In this document: one piece after another, positions 60,494 to 64,000 of the stretch
How the letters are laid out: every line of letters begins with the position of its first letter
Position numbering within the stretch: the first letter of the stretch is position 1
DNA from: Azolla caroliniana
Taxonomy: Eukaryota; Plantae; Polypodiophyta
NCBI GenBank assembly: GCA_043228905.1
Contig: JBHGNT010000014.1
Span: 6,324,001 to 6,388,000, forward strand
DNA length: 64,000 nucleotides
Direction of reading: 5' to 3'
Made by a program: the position numbers and the translations under genes
The notes under the pieces: generated by a model
Seen by the model: only the letters and a program-made list of their open reading frames with translations
What the model was told of the DNA's origin: nothing
The model's database searches: none

Positions 60494-62125
60494 TGATAAT
60501 AATTTGAATGTCATGATGGATTACTATTCTTTAAGAAACTCTTGTATGTTCCTAATGGTTCTCGTCGTCTTTGAGTAGTCCAAAATTGTCATGACACATA
60601 TACAACAGGGTATTTCAGTGGTACTAAAACGTTGGATTTAGTACAACGATCATTCTGGTGGCCTCATATGCGACGATTTGTGGAAGACTATGTTCGGACA
60701 TGTGATACATGTTGCAAAACAAAGATGCCAAGACATCATCCGTATGGTTTATTGGAACCATTACCAATTCCAAGCAAGCTGTGGCAATCCATTTCTCTAG
60801 ATTTCGTCACAGATCTTCTAGTTTCAAAGGGATTCGATGCGATCTTAACAATAGTAGATCAATATATGAAGATGGCACATTTTTTGCCGTGTACTAAGGA
60901 AATCACTCGTGAAGAAACCGTTGAAACTGTCATGCGTGAGGTGTGTCGGCATCATGGCCTCCCCGATAGTATCATCAGTGACCGTGAACCCCAATTCGTC
61001 TCGAAATTCTGGAAGCATCTCTTCAAAATGCTCAAGATCACTTGTAACCTCTCCTTTGGCTACCACCCACAAACAGATAGACAAGCAGAAAGAAGAAATC
61101 AAACATTGGAACAATATCTTTGGTGTTTTCTAAGCTATCAACAAGATGACTGGGCGGATATTCTCCACTTTGCTAAATTTGTGTATAATAACTCTGTCCA
61201 CTCATCGACTAGGGTTACACCATTTTATGCTTATACAGGCTATCATCCTCGATGGTGTGTATTCGAAGCTCCGGAGTTACCCACAAATCCTTGTGCAGAG
61301 GATCGATTAGTTCGGCTACACAAGATACAAGCAGATTTATCTACTCATTTACAACAAGCTCAACAAACACAAAAGGATTATGCAGATCGGCATCGACTCC
61401 CATTCAGTTTTAACATTGGAGATCGGGTATGGCTATTACGACGACACATCAAGACTATGATGTCGCTTTTCGTCTCGATCTACCTCCGCAACTACGGATA
61501 CATCCAGTTTTTCATAGTTCTCTTCTCGAACTGTATCAAGAAAACACTATTCTGAATCGTATTACACCACCTCCACCCCCGATCGAGCTTGAAGCAGGAC
61601 CAGAGTATGAAGTAGTTGCCATCCTTGACTCCAAGATTGTTCGCAACAAGCTCTAATATTTGGTCGATTGGCTAGGCTATGATCCAAACGAGCGTACTTG
61701 GGAACCAGTCGACAATGTGGTAAATGCTCGAGCTCTTGTTGAGCACTTTCATCGGCAATATCACAACAAGCTAGGTCCTCCATCTAAGACACTCGTCGTC
61801 TTAAGGGGGGGTAATGGCATGATATAGTATGGTATGGCTTCAAAAGGATTTGAACCCATGACCTTGTGTCACATGGGTTGAAGCCTTACCATTAAGTTAT
61901 ACATTGTAACATAAAGAGTATTATTTCTATTTATTATAGGAAATCGATGTATATTCTAGATTTGTCTGGAACATTCTAGAAATGTCAAGAGTATTCCTAA
62001 GCCAAATTTCTAGAGTATTCCTAAGCCACTATAAAAAGAGGCACATGGCATTATTGAGAACCAAATCGGTTCAACGCCAGTCTTCAGCCTCCTAGCTATT
62101 CCTGTATATTCTCTTCATATAATAA
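60107..62125 (+). mobile_element. Rearranged non-autonomous relative of the Tcn1-like chromovirus
   Basis: LTR starts at 60107 and 61815, PPT at 61801-61814. IN and chromodomain are highly similar to 38955-40300. Gag, PR and RT are missing, and a U5 segment is inverted at 60378-60500. Confidence 0.85.
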
Positions 62126-62182
62126 ACAACCGCACTAGATAATAAACAACTGCACTTGAGCATGAACCTTAAGTGAGCACCC

Positions 62183-64000
62183 ATGTATTCCAAGATGGTT
62201 GAGGATATGTTACAAATGACAAATATACAACATGGTGCCACACTAGAATGCAAATGGGAAGCTTTCAAGAAAGTCATTCTCTCCTGTACAAACAAATGTT
62301 TTTCGACCAACCGCACATCTTGGAAATGCACCAAGAAACTTAGGAAAAAATGGTTTGATAAAGAATGTCGTGAAGCTCGAAAGTGCCATATGGTTTCGGA
62401 TGTAGTTAAGGATAAAGAGAATTACCAAAAGAACGCAAGAGAAATCACATGCATGTGCTAAATTTTGGGGAAATCTAAAGAGGAAACGTGTTGGGAGAAT
62501 TTATATGAGTTATCTCTTGCCGGAAAGATGATGTGTTATGGTTCTCTTTCATATATGCCTCCCTTCTTTACAATTGAAGATATATGCATAGGACTTCAGA
62601 AATTGGCCTCTCAAAAGGCAAGCGATCTTCAATGTATAAAGGTTGAAATGCTCAAATGGACGGGAAAGGAAGCACATGTATGGATAAGCGATATGTTTAA
62701 TGATGCATTGCAACATGGTATGTTGTACGATTGAACTACAAATTGGATCAAACCTTTACATAAAGGTGGAGATGTAAATAATGTAAACAACTATCGAACC
62801 ATCATGGTTGGCTCATTAATGACAAAACTGTTTAGATGTATAATGGAATCAAAGATAAGTGTATGGGCTGAAAAAAATGGTAAGAGAGCTTATGGACAAG
62901 CTAGCTTTCGAAAACACCATAGCACCATTGATCACCTTATCACCCTTCAAGTATTAATGGAGGAAAGTCGCCTTAGAGGTAAAGGTTTATATTGTTGCTT
63001 TGTAGACTTCAAGAAAGCTTTTGATATGGTACCTCGTGAGCATCTTTGGAGGCAAATGGAAGAACTTGAGGTGCCAAGTGAATATATGCTTGCAATTTCC
63101 CGAATTTATGAGAAGGTTATATGTTGTGTGCACATGAGAGATAAACTTTCATATTTTTTCAAAAGGACTATTGGTGTTAAGCAAGGATGCCCACTCTCAC
63201 CAACACTATTTGGTTTGTGCATTGATGAATTGAAAGAAATGGTTACCAAGTTTGCAAAGGAAGAATGTGCTAAAGAAGTTGCATTGGGAATGTTGTGATT
63301 ATGTTTTTGCTATATGCAGATGATGTAGTGTTTTTTGCAAATACTTTAGGAGATGCACAAAAGCTTATCAAGGCAATTGAAAAATTTTGCACGCATACTA
63401 AATTAAGTGTCAATAGCTCTAAAACAAAGATTATGCTTGTGAAGAGCCAAAAAAGAGATAAACCATGCATTATGTACAACAATGAGCCACTTGAATGTGT
63501 GGAAAGCTTCAAATATCTTGGCCTTGAAGTTCCTTCAAATCATAGATGGAATGAATGTGCTACACGGCGCTTAGAGGTGGGTAAGCGAGCATACTATGCA
63601 TTTGAGCACACATGCAATCTTGGAGATATTAAGTGTTGGGTCCTCAAGAAATATCTTTTCGACACTTTGGTAACACCAGTTTCTTCTCTATGGGGTGGAA
63701 GTATGGGGCGGTAGCATCCCTAAATCTATGTGGAAAGAGTTTGAAAATGTCCAAAAACGTTTTCTTACAAAGTTTCTACAAGTTAAGAAAGAAATGCCAT
63801 ACACCCTCCTCCTCCTTGAGACGAGATCGCTTCCCATTGAGATCATGGCCATGGAAAGGGTTGTTGAATACATGCTTAAGGTTCAAAAAAGTCCCTCGCA
63901 TCAACTTCCTAGAATTGTGTGGGAAGCAAGCAAAAAGATCCAAAAGATGCATAAAAGCAAAATTTTGTGTTCCAGTTGGATGCAAGATATAGAAAAATGC
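62183..64000 (+). mobile_element. 5'-truncated degenerate LINE reverse transcriptase
   Basis: KWFDKEC, NNYRTIMV, FVDFKKAFDMV, GVKQGCPLSPTLF, LLYADDVV and FKYLG, with stops and frameshifts. Runs off the window end. Confidence 0.9.

Overview
Eukaryotic plant nuclear DNA, probably a fern or other seed-free vascular plant (inferred from the PLS-PPR style and Tcn1-type chromoviruses). The first ~20 kb holds three host genes: a six-exon chloroplast rhodanese (STR14-like, 2089-12352) with TE debris in its introns, and two divergent intronless PLS-E PPR genes. The rest is a nest of transposons at least four levels deep. A degenerate Copia (31892-58689) is interrupted by a Copia with ~2% diverged LTRs (32613-37844), a self-priming Tf1/Tcn1-type chromovirus (38533-50882), and an intact Copia with apparently identical LTRs (51100-56450). 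The main finding sits inside the chromovirus gag: a 7190-bp DNA transposon (42246-49435; 37-bp TIRs, 4-bp TSD TAGT). It encodes a Sola-like DDD transposase with a C-terminal chromatin-reader-like domain. Divergently, it also carries a spliced (>=5 exons, ~920 codons) gene for a ParB-like domain fused to a prokaryotic-type beta-class N6-adenine/N4-cytosine DNA methyltransferase. Both genes of this copy carry only a few nonsense changes. The chromovirus LTRs also contain a tRNA-like Pol III A/B-box cassette. All calls were read by eye; no database searches were run.
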